Shown here one piece after another: positions 36,775 through 48,859 of a DNA stretch of 64,000 nucleotides; within the stretch, counting starts at the first letter, position 1, and every line of letters begins with the position of its first letter. Below the pieces are notes generated by a model. It saw nothing but the letters and a program-made list of their open reading frames with translations, did no database searches and was not told the DNA's origin. Origin of the DNA: Octopus sinensis. Taxonomy: Eukaryota. The stretch is from positions 51,274,001 through 51,338,000 of the forward strand of contig NC_043002.1 in the NCBI RefSeq assembly GCF_006345805.1, given 5' to 3'. Both the position numbers and the translations under genes were made by a program.

Positions 36775-36993
36775 TACTCTTTTACTCGTTTCAGTCATTT
36801 GACTTCGGCCATGCTGGAGCACCGCCTTTAATCGAGCAAATCGACCCCAGGACTTATTCTTTGTAAGCCTAGTACTTATTATATCGATCTCTTTTGCCGA
36901 ACCGCTAGTTACGGGGACGTAAACACACCAGCATCGATTTCAAGCGATGTTGGGGGGGACAAACACAGACATACAAACATATACGCGCGCACG

Positions 36994-37086
<93 letters not shown>

Positions 37087-37140
37087 ATACACACACATAT
37101 ATACGACAGGCTTCTTTCAGTTTCTGTCTACCAAATCTAC
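36775..37140 (-). mobile_element. SINE family B (head missing)
   Basis: Near-consensus tail, internal (CA)n(TA)n, ends at tctaccaaatc. Confidence 0.88.
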
Positions 37141-38290
37141 TAACCAATACTACCGTCACCGCCAATATCACCACCTGGACTTGCACCATCACTAACACTA
37201 CCAACACTAACACCCCACCATCACCACCACCATTACCACTGCCACCTCCATTTCTCCTCCTCCACCTCTAGTAACATTTCTACCCCTACCACCATCACTA
37301 TCATCACTATAGCTATGTGTACAACTACGTTGAAATGTCCCCCACAATCACTTTTCACCACCAAATACGATATACTCCACCATCTTATTACAACCACAGC
37401 ATCCAAAACTTGGCAACACCACTACAAGAACAAGAACAACAATAACACCGACTACCACCACCACCACAACTACCACCACCACAACTAGAACACCAACCAC
37501 CAACACCACTGTCACAGCCAGAACTCTTCCGACTACCACCAACACCACCTCTACTACTACTTCGACTATTCCACCACCATCATATTCAGAAAGCCCATCA
37601 CCACTACTACCTATAACACAACCAGGTCAATGACCACTAGCATCACCACCACCTCTACTACTCGACCACCATCACGTCCAGAATCCTGGACACCACCACA
37701 AATAGATTTTCCACTGTTACCATCACCATCATCACCACTAACAACACAAAAGCCGCCATCACTACTACTACAACCGGAACACCAACCACTACCTCTGCCA
37801 TACCATAAACAATCATTATAAGCAGGAACACGACCACTTCTACCACCGCAGACAAATCTCCGACCAACATCACTACAATCCCCATCACCACTACTACTAC
37901 AATCACCACTACCACCGCTACAATCACTACCGCCACCATCACAATTACCACCACCACTACCACCACAATCGCTACCATCAGAATCACCACCACCATCACC
38001 TCAATCACCACAACCACAACAATCACCACCACCACTACCACCACAATCGCCACCGCTACACGCCATCCCCACCACCACTACAATCGCCACCACCACAATC
38101 GCCACCGCCACACGCCATCCCCACCTCCACCACTGCTGTCACAGCGAGAACTCCGACCAATCTCACGGCGATCACCACCATCACCACTACCACTACGGTT
38201 ACCAGAACTACTACAACAACAATAGCACAATTCTCACCAACAACAACCACAGTTCTTCTCCACCGCTGTCTACCGCCTTTCCATCTGGGT
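37140..38290. repeat. Degenerate (ACC/ACT/ATC)n triplet satellite with local duplications
   Basis: Directly visible, e.g. cgccaccgc(t/c)acacgccatcccca twice at ~38047-38122. Confidence 0.85.
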
Positions 38291-39098
38291 CCCATCGTAT
38301 ATACTCTACCCAACCCCTTTAGCGCAGCACGTCCTCACGGACCTGACATGGAAATTCACGGTTAACGGGGTTCGTCAAAGTGAATAGATGTCGTCCTGTG
38401 TTAATAAGCACCTCACTACCAACTCCAGCTTACCCGACAGATTTTGCCCACCGGGCTTGATGCAGTTTTACATAGCCGTAGGCTATAACAGAACTGAATC
38501 CTCCACCCTAGGCCTCCTTTCTTGTAATCACCGTTGCCTCAGTCTCTGCGACATGGTAGTCATTGAGGTGAACGAGAAAAGAAAAAGAGAGTGAGGTGGG
38601 GTTGTATGCAGAAAACGATTGAGATTTGAGGCCAAACAGAAAGGTGAAACAAGAGACTGACAGACAGACAGACAGTGACAAAGAGAGAAAGAGGATGGAG
38701 GGAGCGTAACAAGCAAGAAGAAACGAAGCGAGTATTGTGAATAAGTTTATGGTCTCTCTCTCTCTCTATCTATCTCTCTCTCTCTATCTATCTATCTATC
38801 TCTCTCTCTCCCTCTCTCGTTCTCTCTCTTCCTTTCTTTGCCTATCATTTTCTCTCCCTCCCTTCATATGTGTCTACATGTATGTATTTGTGTATGTATG
38901 TATGTATGTGTAAGTGTATGTGTGTGTTCATGTACATATACACGCATTTATCTATGTGTCTGTGTATGTATATATCTATGTATGTATTTATTTGCGCAAT
39001 CGGCAAGATCTCTGCAAAGAAGTGTTTAATATGCCCACCGTCCAGTGACGAAAGCCAATAAAATGGGGGAAATATAAAAGAAATATATACATACATAC

Positions 39099-39920
39099 AT
39101 ATAAGAATGAATGTTTTTATATATAATGAACGTGAAATACAGGAAGGGACGAACACGGAACACAGACAAATCATTCGAAGCCTTCAATCTTCAGTCAGAC
39201 ACCGAATCATCATAGCAAATTTCGGCTGTTCAATTCTGATATTTGCTCCAACTCGGCCAGCCCAAGAAAAAAAAACTAAGCTGTAAGCATTAGATTTCTT
39301 GGTAGAAGACAGGAATGTGAACGCACAAGACGGATGTGAATACAAGAGACGAAAACGAATTGAAAAACAGTAATGAATAAACAAAATATATATAACGGTG
39401 GTTGTCATACGACTTTAGACCAAATGAGACAAAAAAACAACAACAACAACATGCTGGCGTAGAAATAATTACCGTTTAGGTAGCGGGGACACATGTTGGT
39501 CGAGATACGAAGGCCAACAGAATGGTTTAAGAAGCAGTAGGTTCGCAGGAGAGAGAGAAAGAGAGAGAGACAGAGAGAGGGGAATCAAAGAGGGTGGAAG
39601 GCAGGGGACAGAATCAGTGACCAAGAGAAAAGGAGAAAGAAAGGATTAAGGAGGATGGGAGGAAGAGGGGAGGAGGATGGGAGGAAGAGAGGGGAAGAAT
39701 CGGAGGGCGCCAAAAAGTTTGGTGAAGAAGCAATGGCGGGTAGAAAAAGACAGTGTGTATAGAAGTCGTGCAGGGTTTTAAAAATTGGACAAACAAACGG
39801 GGGGGGGGGGGGTGCACGTAACGCGCCGCAAAATATAAGAATGAATGTTTTTATATAAATGAACGTGAAATACAGGAGGAAGGGACGAACACGGAACACA
39901 GACAAATCATTCGAAGCCTT

Positions 39921-39923
<3 letters not shown>
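39099..39923 (-). repeat. About 89-bp direct repeat pair (39099-39187, 39833-39923), probably PLE-related
   Basis: atataagaatgaatgtttttatata..aatgaacgtgaaatacagga..agggacgaacacggaacacagacaaatcattcgaagccttcaa occurs twice, nearly identical. Confidence 0.8.
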
Positions 39924-39972
<49 letters not shown>

Positions 39973-40514
39973 TATATATATATACACCCCACACACACGC
40001 CACTGTCTCTCTCATTCTCTTTCATACGTACATACACACACACACACCACACAACACGCTCAAAGTCTTTAAGAGGGGTGGTCCAAGTTGCACACTCTTC
40101 ATTTCCCGAAGAATCAGGCGAATGCCTGTGATGAAAAAAATACATAAATTTAACAAGACAGCCGCACAGTTTTCTCGTATTTTGAGATAACCTTTCCACT
40201 TCCTCTCCCTGAAACCCGAAAGCAGTTGTGAACCACCTGTCAGAAGGACATGGCCCGAATGCTTGCAACAGAGAAACTTAGCAGAAGGCACTGAAGGACC
40301 ACTAGGAGGTGGTGTTAAACCGGATTATCGATTAAGAACTAGAATCCAATGATCCGAAACGAATATCCAAGGTATTTTGTCCAAAGCTTTAAACAATTCC
40401 ATCAATCTACTGCTATGGGCCGGAACTTTATTTTATTGACCGTGGAAGGATAAAAGTCAGAGTTCACTTGAACAGGATTTGAACTAGAATTCAGAATGCA
40501 AACAAAAAAAAAAA

Positions 40515-40910
40515 CCGTGGCTGGAGCTCGCTTCCCAACCACAAAGTTCCTGGTTCATTCCCACTGCGTGGCACCTTACGCAAGTGTCTTCTATCATAGC
40601 CTCGAGCCGACCAAAGGTTGTGAGTGGATTTGGTTAATGGAAACTGGAAGAAGCCTAATATATATATATGTATATGTGTGTGTGTGCCTTTGTGTTTGTA
40701 CTTGTTCCCATCCCCTTCTTCGTTTGATAATCGGTGTTGGTATGTGTACATTCCCGTAACGTAGTGGTTCAGCAAAAGACACCGATAAAATAAATACTAG
40801 GCTTAAGAAAAACTAAGTCATGGGGTTGATTTGGTCGGCTAAGACCCTTCAAGGCGGTGCTACAGCATGGCCACAGTCAAATGACTGAAACAAATAAAAG
40901 AGTAAAAGAA
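40515..40910 (+). mobile_element. SINE family B, nearly full length
   Basis: Matches the family consensus including the ggcggtgctacagcatggccacagtcaaatgactgaaac tail. Confidence 0.88.
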
Positions 40911-41163
40911 TATAGGTATTTTGCAGTCGTTGTTTTCGTTGTTCAAACATTCCAATCTTGATTCATCGGTCTTATGAACGAAGGCACATTACTGATTTAG
41001 CAAGAGCTATATTTTGCTCTGTGCCTTCGCCATTTTTTAGACCAGAGAGTATGATTCGATGGAGATTTGTGCACAATTTCTTGCAAATCAAAAGCGGCAA
41101 GTTGGCAGAATCGGTAGCACGCCAGACAAAATGCTTAGCGGTGTGTGCGCGCGCGCGTGTGTG

Positions 41164-41210
<47 letters not shown>

Positions 41211-41429
41211 TGTGTGTATGTGTATTTTTAGGATGGTGGAGTGGCAGAGCCATCGCCTTAAAGAAGGAAAGCACTCAAATTTAAGATATATCTAAAGATA
41301 CATATGAACTATTTGCTCCTCTCTTCTGTATGAGGAATCAAATATATTCGTGTGTGTCTGAGAAAAAGAGATGGTGGAGAGAGAATATGTGAGAGGCATG
41401 CTTGACATACAGAAACAGAGAGAGAGAGA

Positions 41430-41466
<37 letters not shown>

Positions 41467-41504
41467 GAATGTAGATTTGAGTGCGTGTGTATTCATGAAT
41501 TTAT

Positions 41505-41672
41505 ATATTTCTTTATTACCCACAAGGGGCTAAACATAGAGGGGACAAGCAAGGACAGACAGAGGGATTAAGTCGATTACATCGACCTCAGTGCGTAACT
41601 GGTACTTAATTTATCGACCCCGAAAGATGAAAGGCAAAGTCGACCTCGGCGGAATTTGAACTCGGAACGTAA
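41505..41672 (-). mobile_element. SINE family A (5'-truncated, near consensus)
   Basis: atttctttattacccacaaggggctaaacatagagggg..ggcggaatttgaactcggaacgt. Confidence 0.9.
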
Positions 41673-41689
41673 TGAATTTATAGATTAGT

Positions 41690-42330
41690 TAAACCGTGCG
41701 TGTCTGGGTGTGTCTGTGTGTTTGTAAATGAGTGTACGAGTACATGTGTATCTGTGTGTGTGTGTGTGTGTGTGCATGTGTGTGTGTGTGTGTGTGTTAT
41801 TGACATGTGTTTGAGTATGTGTGGTTTTATGCGTGAGTGACCGTATGAGAGAATGCATGTATGTCTAAGTATATATGGATCTATATGTGCGTGTGCGTGA
41901 GCCTGTGAATGTAAGTACGCTGCGTGAGTGCGCATGCGTCTAAGTGTCTGAATTCTATGAGGGTTGTAATGTATGTGTAAGTATAATTATGTGTGTGCGC
42001 GTGTATGTGTTTGTGTAGGTGCGCGTGCGCGTATATTTGCGTCTATATATTTGGGGTACCACATGTACATGTTCGTTACGCGTGTGTGTGTGTTCGTGTG
42101 TGCGCTCGTGTGCGAATGTTGGCGTCTATATGTCTGGTGGTACCAGATATACATGCTGATGTGTGTGTGTGTTTTGTGTGTGTGTGTGTGGTGTGTGTGT
42201 GTGTGCGTGCGCGTATGCTTGAGTCTATTCATCTGGTAGTACCAGATGAATCGTTGATGATACGGATTGTGTATGTATGTATATATATATATACACATAT
42301 ATATATATATATATACATATATACATACAT
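41690..42330. repeat. Degenerate (TG)n tract
   Basis: Directly visible. Confidence 0.9.
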
Positions 42331-42887
42331 ATACTTATCTTGTATGTCTTTGCTTGTGTTTAATATGTGCATGTATCGCACATATGTCTTTCACTGATTG
42401 AAAGTTGTACGAAGTTTCTGATGGAAGCAGTTGGGGAGTAAAACCAGAGCTAACCTCCGGCATCTTCGCTGACCCTCTCATAAACATATTTTTCTTTTCT
42501 TCTCTTTTTTCTCTAACTGAAAAACTTTGAACTAATTATGTTCTTGCTGTCTCAGGGCCGATCCTAGAATCGCTGGCGCCTCGGGCATGCCGAATTTCGA
42601 CGCCTTTACATGTGTAGTTTTTAAATTTCTGAACAAGGAAAAGCTACACATATACACATAAGTAAATCTACAGTAAACAATGTATCTCGAATGCCATTCC
42701 ATTTATAAATTGATGTTCATAATGCAAAGGAATTAAAAACCCAGACGAAAAAAAAAAAAAGGAAAAGAAAATGGTGAAAGCTACCTGCGAATTCAAACCA
42801 CGTATTTACTGTATTCCTTACTGGTTGTGGTATCATAACACTGAAGTTGTTTGTTTCCTTCTCGAGCGACGCCTGGCTCATACGGGC

Positions 42888-42987
42888 NNNNNNNNNNNNN
42901 NNNNNNNNNNNNNNNNNNNNNNNNNNNNNNNNNNNNNNNNNNNNNNNNNNNNNNNNNNNNNNNNNNNNNNNNNNNNNNNNNNNNNNN
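42888..42987. other. Assembly gap (100 N)
   Basis: Run of N. Confidence 1.
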
Positions 42988-43677
42988 TGAAAATGTGAAT
43001 GACTTGTAGAAATGTAAGATAGAAGGAGGGCTTAAACAAGGAAATAAAAGCAGATGAATAATAGGATGGAAGTGTGAAAAAAAAATGATGATTGAATGAA
43101 GAAGGGATAGCGATAGTGTAAGAGGAAGGAGGCTTATTTGGTTTTTTGTTTTTTTGTTTTTTGTGGGGCACAGTAAGAGAGGGGTAAATAATGGAATGAT
43201 TGAACTAGAGAAAGAGATCTCAAGAGAGGATAAAAGACAGGGGTATAGAGAAAATTTATGGATAAGAGAAGTTAAAGGATATTTGGATGTGTGGGGGCGA
43301 TGTGTGTTGAGATTGTTGTATAAGGAAACAAAGGGTAAGAGAAAATTTCCAAGAGTAAATGGGAGATGAAGAAAGAGATAGGCTAATGACAAGGAAAGCA
43401 GACGATAGACTGAGGAGAAAGTATCAAGATGTATAGACTGGTTGTTTAGGATAGAGAGAGAGAGAGGGAGAGAGAGAGAGAGGGTCTTGGGCAGAGAGAG
43501 GAGGAACTTGAGCAGAGAGAGAAAGGGAGGGAGGGAGAGTGAGAGAGTGAAAGAGAGAGTTAGTGGGAAAATGTGGGTGGAGGGGGAATAATGATGCAAA
43601 TATATTGTAGGAGAGAAGTAAGAGAAGAGATGGAGAGGAGTATGGTTGGGTGTATGTAGAGAGAGAGAGAGAGAGAG

Positions 43678-43708
<31 letters not shown>

Positions 43709-44952
43709 GAGTAAAAGAGACAATAAGGAAGGAGTAAGGATAATGAAAGACAAATAGGGAGGAGAGAAGGGGAAGGTAGAAGAATGCAGGTGATAAATAG
43801 AGGAGAAAGTATCATGGTGCATAGAATGGTTGTATAGAAAGAAGAGAGGGGAGGAGGAGGAGGAGGAATGGACAGAGAGAGACAGAAGGAGAGGAGGAGT
43901 GAAGAAACTGGAGGGGGAGATAATGAAGCAAACATTGGAGAAGAGTAGTGTGAGGAGAGTTGGAGGAGTGTATGTTAGGGTATAAGTATGAGGAGAGAAA
44001 GACAGAACGAAAAGAGAGAGAGTAGAAAAATAAGGAGGAAAAGGGAAAGGTGGAGGAAGGTAGTAATGTACAAGGAGGGAGTCGAAGGGGATAAAAAGAG
44101 AAGAAATTAAACGAAGAATAAGAGGGCGGATGAGGAGGATATAAAGACATAAAGAAAGAAGGAAAGTACGAGGTAGTGTGGGAGGGAGAGATAGTACAAA
44201 CGAGAGAGAGAGATTCTGTGTATGTGAGTGTGTGTGTTGTGTGTGTGTGTGTATGTGTGTGTGAATATATGTACATGTACGTGTGTTTCGATATGTGTGC
44301 GACTGAGAGTGGTGGCGTATGCGTATGCGGTGAAGGCTGAACAAGAATAAAGTGGAAGTGTGAGTAAGGTTAAAAATAAGAAATTATGATAGAAGCAAGG
44401 GGGAAAGAATGAGCGAGAGGGAGGAGAGGGAGAAAATGAGGTGTATAGACTGCACAGGATAGAAAGAAAGTGAAGGTGAAAGAATGAAGAAGGAGGGAGT
44501 AGTAGGAGGAGAGTTAGAATAGAGTGATAGCGATTTGATTGGATACGTGTGGAGGAGGGAAGATAAAGGGGAAAAGTGGAGGGGAAAGAGAAATAACTGA
44601 GAGAGAGAGGAGAGAGAGAGATGAGAGAGAGGGGAGAGAGAGGAGAGAGAGAGAGGGCGGGAATGAGAAAGAGAGACCCGAAAAGAGATACACAGAACTC
44701 AGAGAGAATGAAGAGTGAGAGAGCGACAGAGAGAGATACATGAAAAGTGAGAGATAGAGAGAGAGACATGATGAGAGAAAAAGAGAGACATGAAAGAGAA
44801 AGGAGAAAAAGAGAGATGCAGTAAAAGAGATAGACACCCACAAAAAGAGAGACATAAAAAGAGGGAGAGAGGCAGAAAAAGAAAAGCGTGAAAGAAGAGA
44901 GAAACATGAAAAGAGAGAGAGAGTGCGTTTGTGAGAGTGTGTGTGAGAGAGA

Positions 44953-44998
<46 letters not shown>

Positions 44999-45005
44999 AA
45001 GAGCG
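42988..45005 (+). repeat. About 2 kb purine-skewed (GA/GGA/GAAA) low-complexity tract
   Basis: Plus strand almost devoid of C; the long Leu/Ser/Phe ORFs on minus are compositional artefacts. Confidence 0.85.
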
Positions 45006-45330
45006 AGAAATAAAATATATGGTATCCAATATGTTTTCTGATTAAGGCATAAGGTCATATATTTTAGTAGAGAGCTGCAGTTAATTGCATGTAGTTGGTA
45101 GTAGCGGGTTCTCCGTCGGTCTCGATGATGAGCATTCTGATGTCCGAACAACTGAATCCTACCTAATACCTAATCGTATGGCTGAGTATTTCACAGACAC
45201 GTGTAATCATAATGTAATTCTCCGAAAGAATAAACATGATACAACCTTTGGAGGAACCCCCATTTCGGTCGCTTGTATTCATGATCGCACTCTTTCCGTT
45301 ATTAGTCAACATTCATGACCATATGTAAAA

Positions 45331-45760
45331 ATAATTCAATTCAATTTTCATTGGCTCAAAAAGCAAAAGCAAGGCCATGTAGGGAGACAATGGGTTATGT
45401 ACAGCGAGGGTGGTCACACAAAGAGTTCAAACCATTTCTGGTCAAGAGAGACTTTGAACCGAGCGGTCGTCGGCATCTTCACTATCTCGTCCGGCAGCTT
45501 ATTCCACAGATCCGCAACCCGGACGGAGAAAGCCCCTCTCCTTCGATTGAGATGAAATTTTCGTAGCTAGAGCTTTTCGGAGTAACCCCGCAGCCCACGC
45601 TCTGGAGCAGGAGTGAAGAACAGCTCTTTCGAGAGGTTACACTTTCCGCTTATGATGTTGTGAGCGAGAATGAGATCACCACGGCGTCGTCGTTTTTCGA
45701 GAGAAGACAGGTCGAGTGTCTTCAGCCTTTCTTCATAAGACAAATGCTTGAGACCAAGAT
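45331..45760 (-). pseudogene. CR1-clade LINE 3' end (ORF2 C-terminus, 3' UTR, ttgaa tail)
   Basis: LKHLSYEERLKTLDLSSLEKRRRRGDLILAHNIISGKCNLSKELFF..RRGAFSVRVADLWNKLPDEIV..FKVSLDQKW; one internal stop; terminal stop at 45414-45416. Confidence 0.9.
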
Positions 45761-46423
45761 AAGTACGGAAACCTAATTGAAGAGAGCAAGTTCTATTTTT
45801 TTTTTTTTTAATTACTTCTCTTCTGAGGATCGAATGTTGGAGCTAGCGCGTTACTTTATCAGCATCTGCAGAACTAGCATTCACTGCAGCCTCCTATCTT
45901 CCATCCTTCCGAGGCCAATAATTAAAAAAATGTAACTGTATTAATCAAGTGCTGGGGAGACTTAAGAGACTTCACATCAAGAGCTGAAGCCTCTGAAGCT
46001 GTCTAAAGTTATTTTCAGATTTGTTTTGGCAACATCTGCGATGACACTGATGCTAAACTGTATTCGTCTTTGACAACATTCAGTAACATAGCTCGGCTTG
46101 ATTTGTTGTATATGCAGCTACCAGTTTTTCCTACAACCTTTCACAAAGAGCTGGAACAAACATCACAGTACATTTTGTCCGACTTCAAAAATTCTGCAAA
46201 TTCACTACATCGTTATAACTTATAATAAATAAGCGTTTCTGATTTTTTGTACAAGACCAAACTTTTCTAGGTTGAAAGGTCTAGTCCAGTGGTTCTCAGC
46301 CGGGGTCCAAATGGCCTTTGAGGATCCATATAAGATTTTTGAGGTCCACACAACAAAATAGTAAACTGTGGTGCCATAATAGTATTTTAAGAGCCCCTGA
46401 AAGATTTGGTTTAGATATATGTA

Positions 46424-47636
46424 TTAGGTCATCAAGTATGAAATATGTAGTAAGGTATAGGGTAAACTTTGACAGCTGCTCATTTTACGCCATTGTCATA
46501 TTTTGACAATCTTTATTTCTTTTCTAGAAAGCGGACACATTTATTTCTTTATTCTAACTCCTTTTGTGCTTTATAAAGTATTTATAAATCTTTTTTCTTT
46601 TTTTTTTTACTATTTTCGTTTAGAGATGGGTAAGTCGGAAATTCGTACAGTTTCGAAATATGAGTTCTTTCTTGGAAAAACTGCATCACAGACAGCTTGA
46701 AATATTAATGTAGCATTGCATTCTAATGTTATTACATAGCAGACAAATGAGCAACACAGTCGACCAGAAACAAAGGTGGATAATGACGACTGAAAGCTAC
46801 CGTCGAGTCAGACCCACCTCAAAGTGCCTGTGAATTATCTTTGTTGTTTGGTGTTAGCAAGCAAACAATATTGACTCACCGAGTTCAAATCGGTAAAGTG
46901 AAAAAGTTGGATAAGTGGGTTTCACATGAACTCAATGAAAATCAGGAACAGCAACGTTTGGAAGCCTGCATCATGCTACTTTCTCGTCACAAAAATAAGT
47001 CAAATGGATCCAATACAACAACCGTAATCGTTCAGCTCAATGGGTGAACAAAATCGAGCCACAAAACACAGTCCAAAAAGCAAAATTCCTCAAAAGAAGC
47101 TGATGGTGTGTGTTTGGTGGTCTGATGCCGGTGTAATCCATTTCATTAAACAAGGCTCATTAATCTCGGCCGAAGTATACTGCAGCCAACTGGACCAAAT
47201 GATGCCGAAACTTACAAAAAAAAAAACAGCCTAGATTAGTCAACGCATCCACGCCTATTTTATTGCCAGACAACGCCAGACCACACATCGCAAAAGTGAT
47301 ATTGGCGAAACTACAGGTGTTGGAGTTGGAAGTTTTCCATCATCTACTATATTCACTTGAACTTACCCCCACTGATTATACATCTTCCAGAATTTGGATA
47401 ACTTTTTGATAAGAAAGAAATTTAATTCCGACGATGCTGTAAAACAGGCCTGCCAAGATTTTACTGACTCTAGATTGCCAGGCTATTACAGTTCAGGGCT
47501 AGACAAGTTACCGCTGAAATGACAAAAGTGTATTGACAACATGGGTGTATACTTTGATGAATAAAACTATTGCTTGCATTTATGAGGCATTAGCAAACTT
47601 TTTTCGTTTCTACAAATTTCGTACTTGATGACCTAA
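46424..47636 (+). mobile_element. Mariner element (Hsmar1/cecropia-like) nested in the hAT MITE
   Basis: TIRs ttaggtcatcaagtatgaaat / atttcgtacttgatgacctaa (20/21 match); TA on the left, TG on the right. Confidence 0.92.
46626..47564 (+). pseudogene. Hsmar1-like DD34D transposase pseudogene
   Basis: MGKSEIRTVSKYEFFLGKTASQTA*NIN..QIGKVKKLDKWVSHELNENQ..QKKLMVCVWWSDAGVIHF..DNARPH..QKCIDNMGVYFDE*; the DRIVTCDE segment is deleted. Confidence 0.92.
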
Positions 47637-47844
47637 TGTTGGTATGCATTGCAGGAAACAGCTAGGATCCTTTCTGTAACATTTTACTTGGTTCAACCTA
47701 CACAAGTTGATGTGTAGAAAACGAAATAGGAATTTTGAAAGAAGTTTCTATAAAACTAGTTTTTAAACATCGAATGGCTAGGGATCACCAGAATAAAGTA
47801 GTAATGAAAGGGGTCCATAGATAAAATATGGTTCAGAAAACCTG

Positions 47845-48275
47845 GTCTAGTCGATTGCATCGACTTCAACATATTATATTTAATTTTATCGACATTGAAA
47901 GCGTGGCAGGCTATGTTTGACTTTGGCGAAATTTGAACTCAGAACGTAAAGAACCAGAAGAAATCCGGCAAGACTTTTTTTCTACGCTCTAACAATTCTG
48001 CCAATCCACAACAACAACAGAAACGACACTAACAATAATAATAATAGTAATAATAATAATAATATTTTTTTACTGGAAACTTAAGGCCTCAAATTTGGGG
48101 GAAGGGATTAAGTCGATTATATTGACACCAGTGCGTAACTGGTACCTATTTTATCGACCCCGAAAGGATGACAGGCAAAGCCGACCGCGGTGGAATTCGA
48201 ACTCAGAACGTAGCAACGGACAACATACTAAGTAGCATTTTGCTCGGTTTGCTAACGTTTTTGCCAGCTCACCAA
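47845..48275 (-). mobile_element. Two SINE family A copies (47845-48010 is the remainder of the hAT-interrupted copy; 48065-48275)
   Basis: Match the family consensus; (AAC/AAT)n between them. Confidence 0.85.
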
Positions 48276-48859
48276 ATGCTCTGATGCAATCTCAGGCAGT
48301 GGATCACATGGCTTTTGATCTTAACTGATTGGAAGTGCTATCATGTACATGTTTTGTCTGTATAAAAGATGGGCTACAGCAAATATTCTACTCAATACCA
48401 CATATTTTTTTGTCAGTTTCTTGACTTTAACTAGATGAGCATGTTCCTTAGTGGCTGATGATATATGCATCTTTGATCACGAGCAGAAGTAGTGGGTGAG
48501 CATCCCAGCCATGTGTTGAAAGAAACTCTTTCGAGTTTGAATTATTCACCTCTGGAAACATGGGTTTTTCATTCTCCTTCCTTAAACAAACCTTATTCAG
48601 GGACTTTTTGAGCGGGATGAGCTACTCAACTCGAAGAAAATTCTTACTGGACCCCACCTGCAAGGTCATGTGCCGTTATAATTTCCACATAAGTGGCAAG
48701 CAGGATATCGGCCTTTAATTGTCTGCTGTATTGCCCTTTTCAATGTTTTCAAGCACAGCACTGTCCTACCCATTGTCAACCACTCTAGTGCTACTTGGTC
48801 GGCATTTAATAAATTGTTGCGTTGTGCCTTTAGTAGAACGGATTATTATTGTTGTTGTT

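Larger units (their letters stand above)
46287..47844. mobile_element. hAT MITE (~345 bp once the nested mariner is removed)
   Basis: Ends cagtggttctcagcc / ggttcagaaaacctg; perfect 8-bp TSD gtctagtc at 46279-46286 and 47845-47852. Confidence 0.88.

Noticed and set aside
39165-39205. Minus-strand CTGAAGA followed by gaaggcttcgaat
   Set aside because: No GAAA, no viable stem II loop and no stem I
42793-45151. Long Leu/Ser/Phe ORFs (up to 380 aa)
   Set aside because: Antisense of the GA-rich tract; one ORF reads through the N gap
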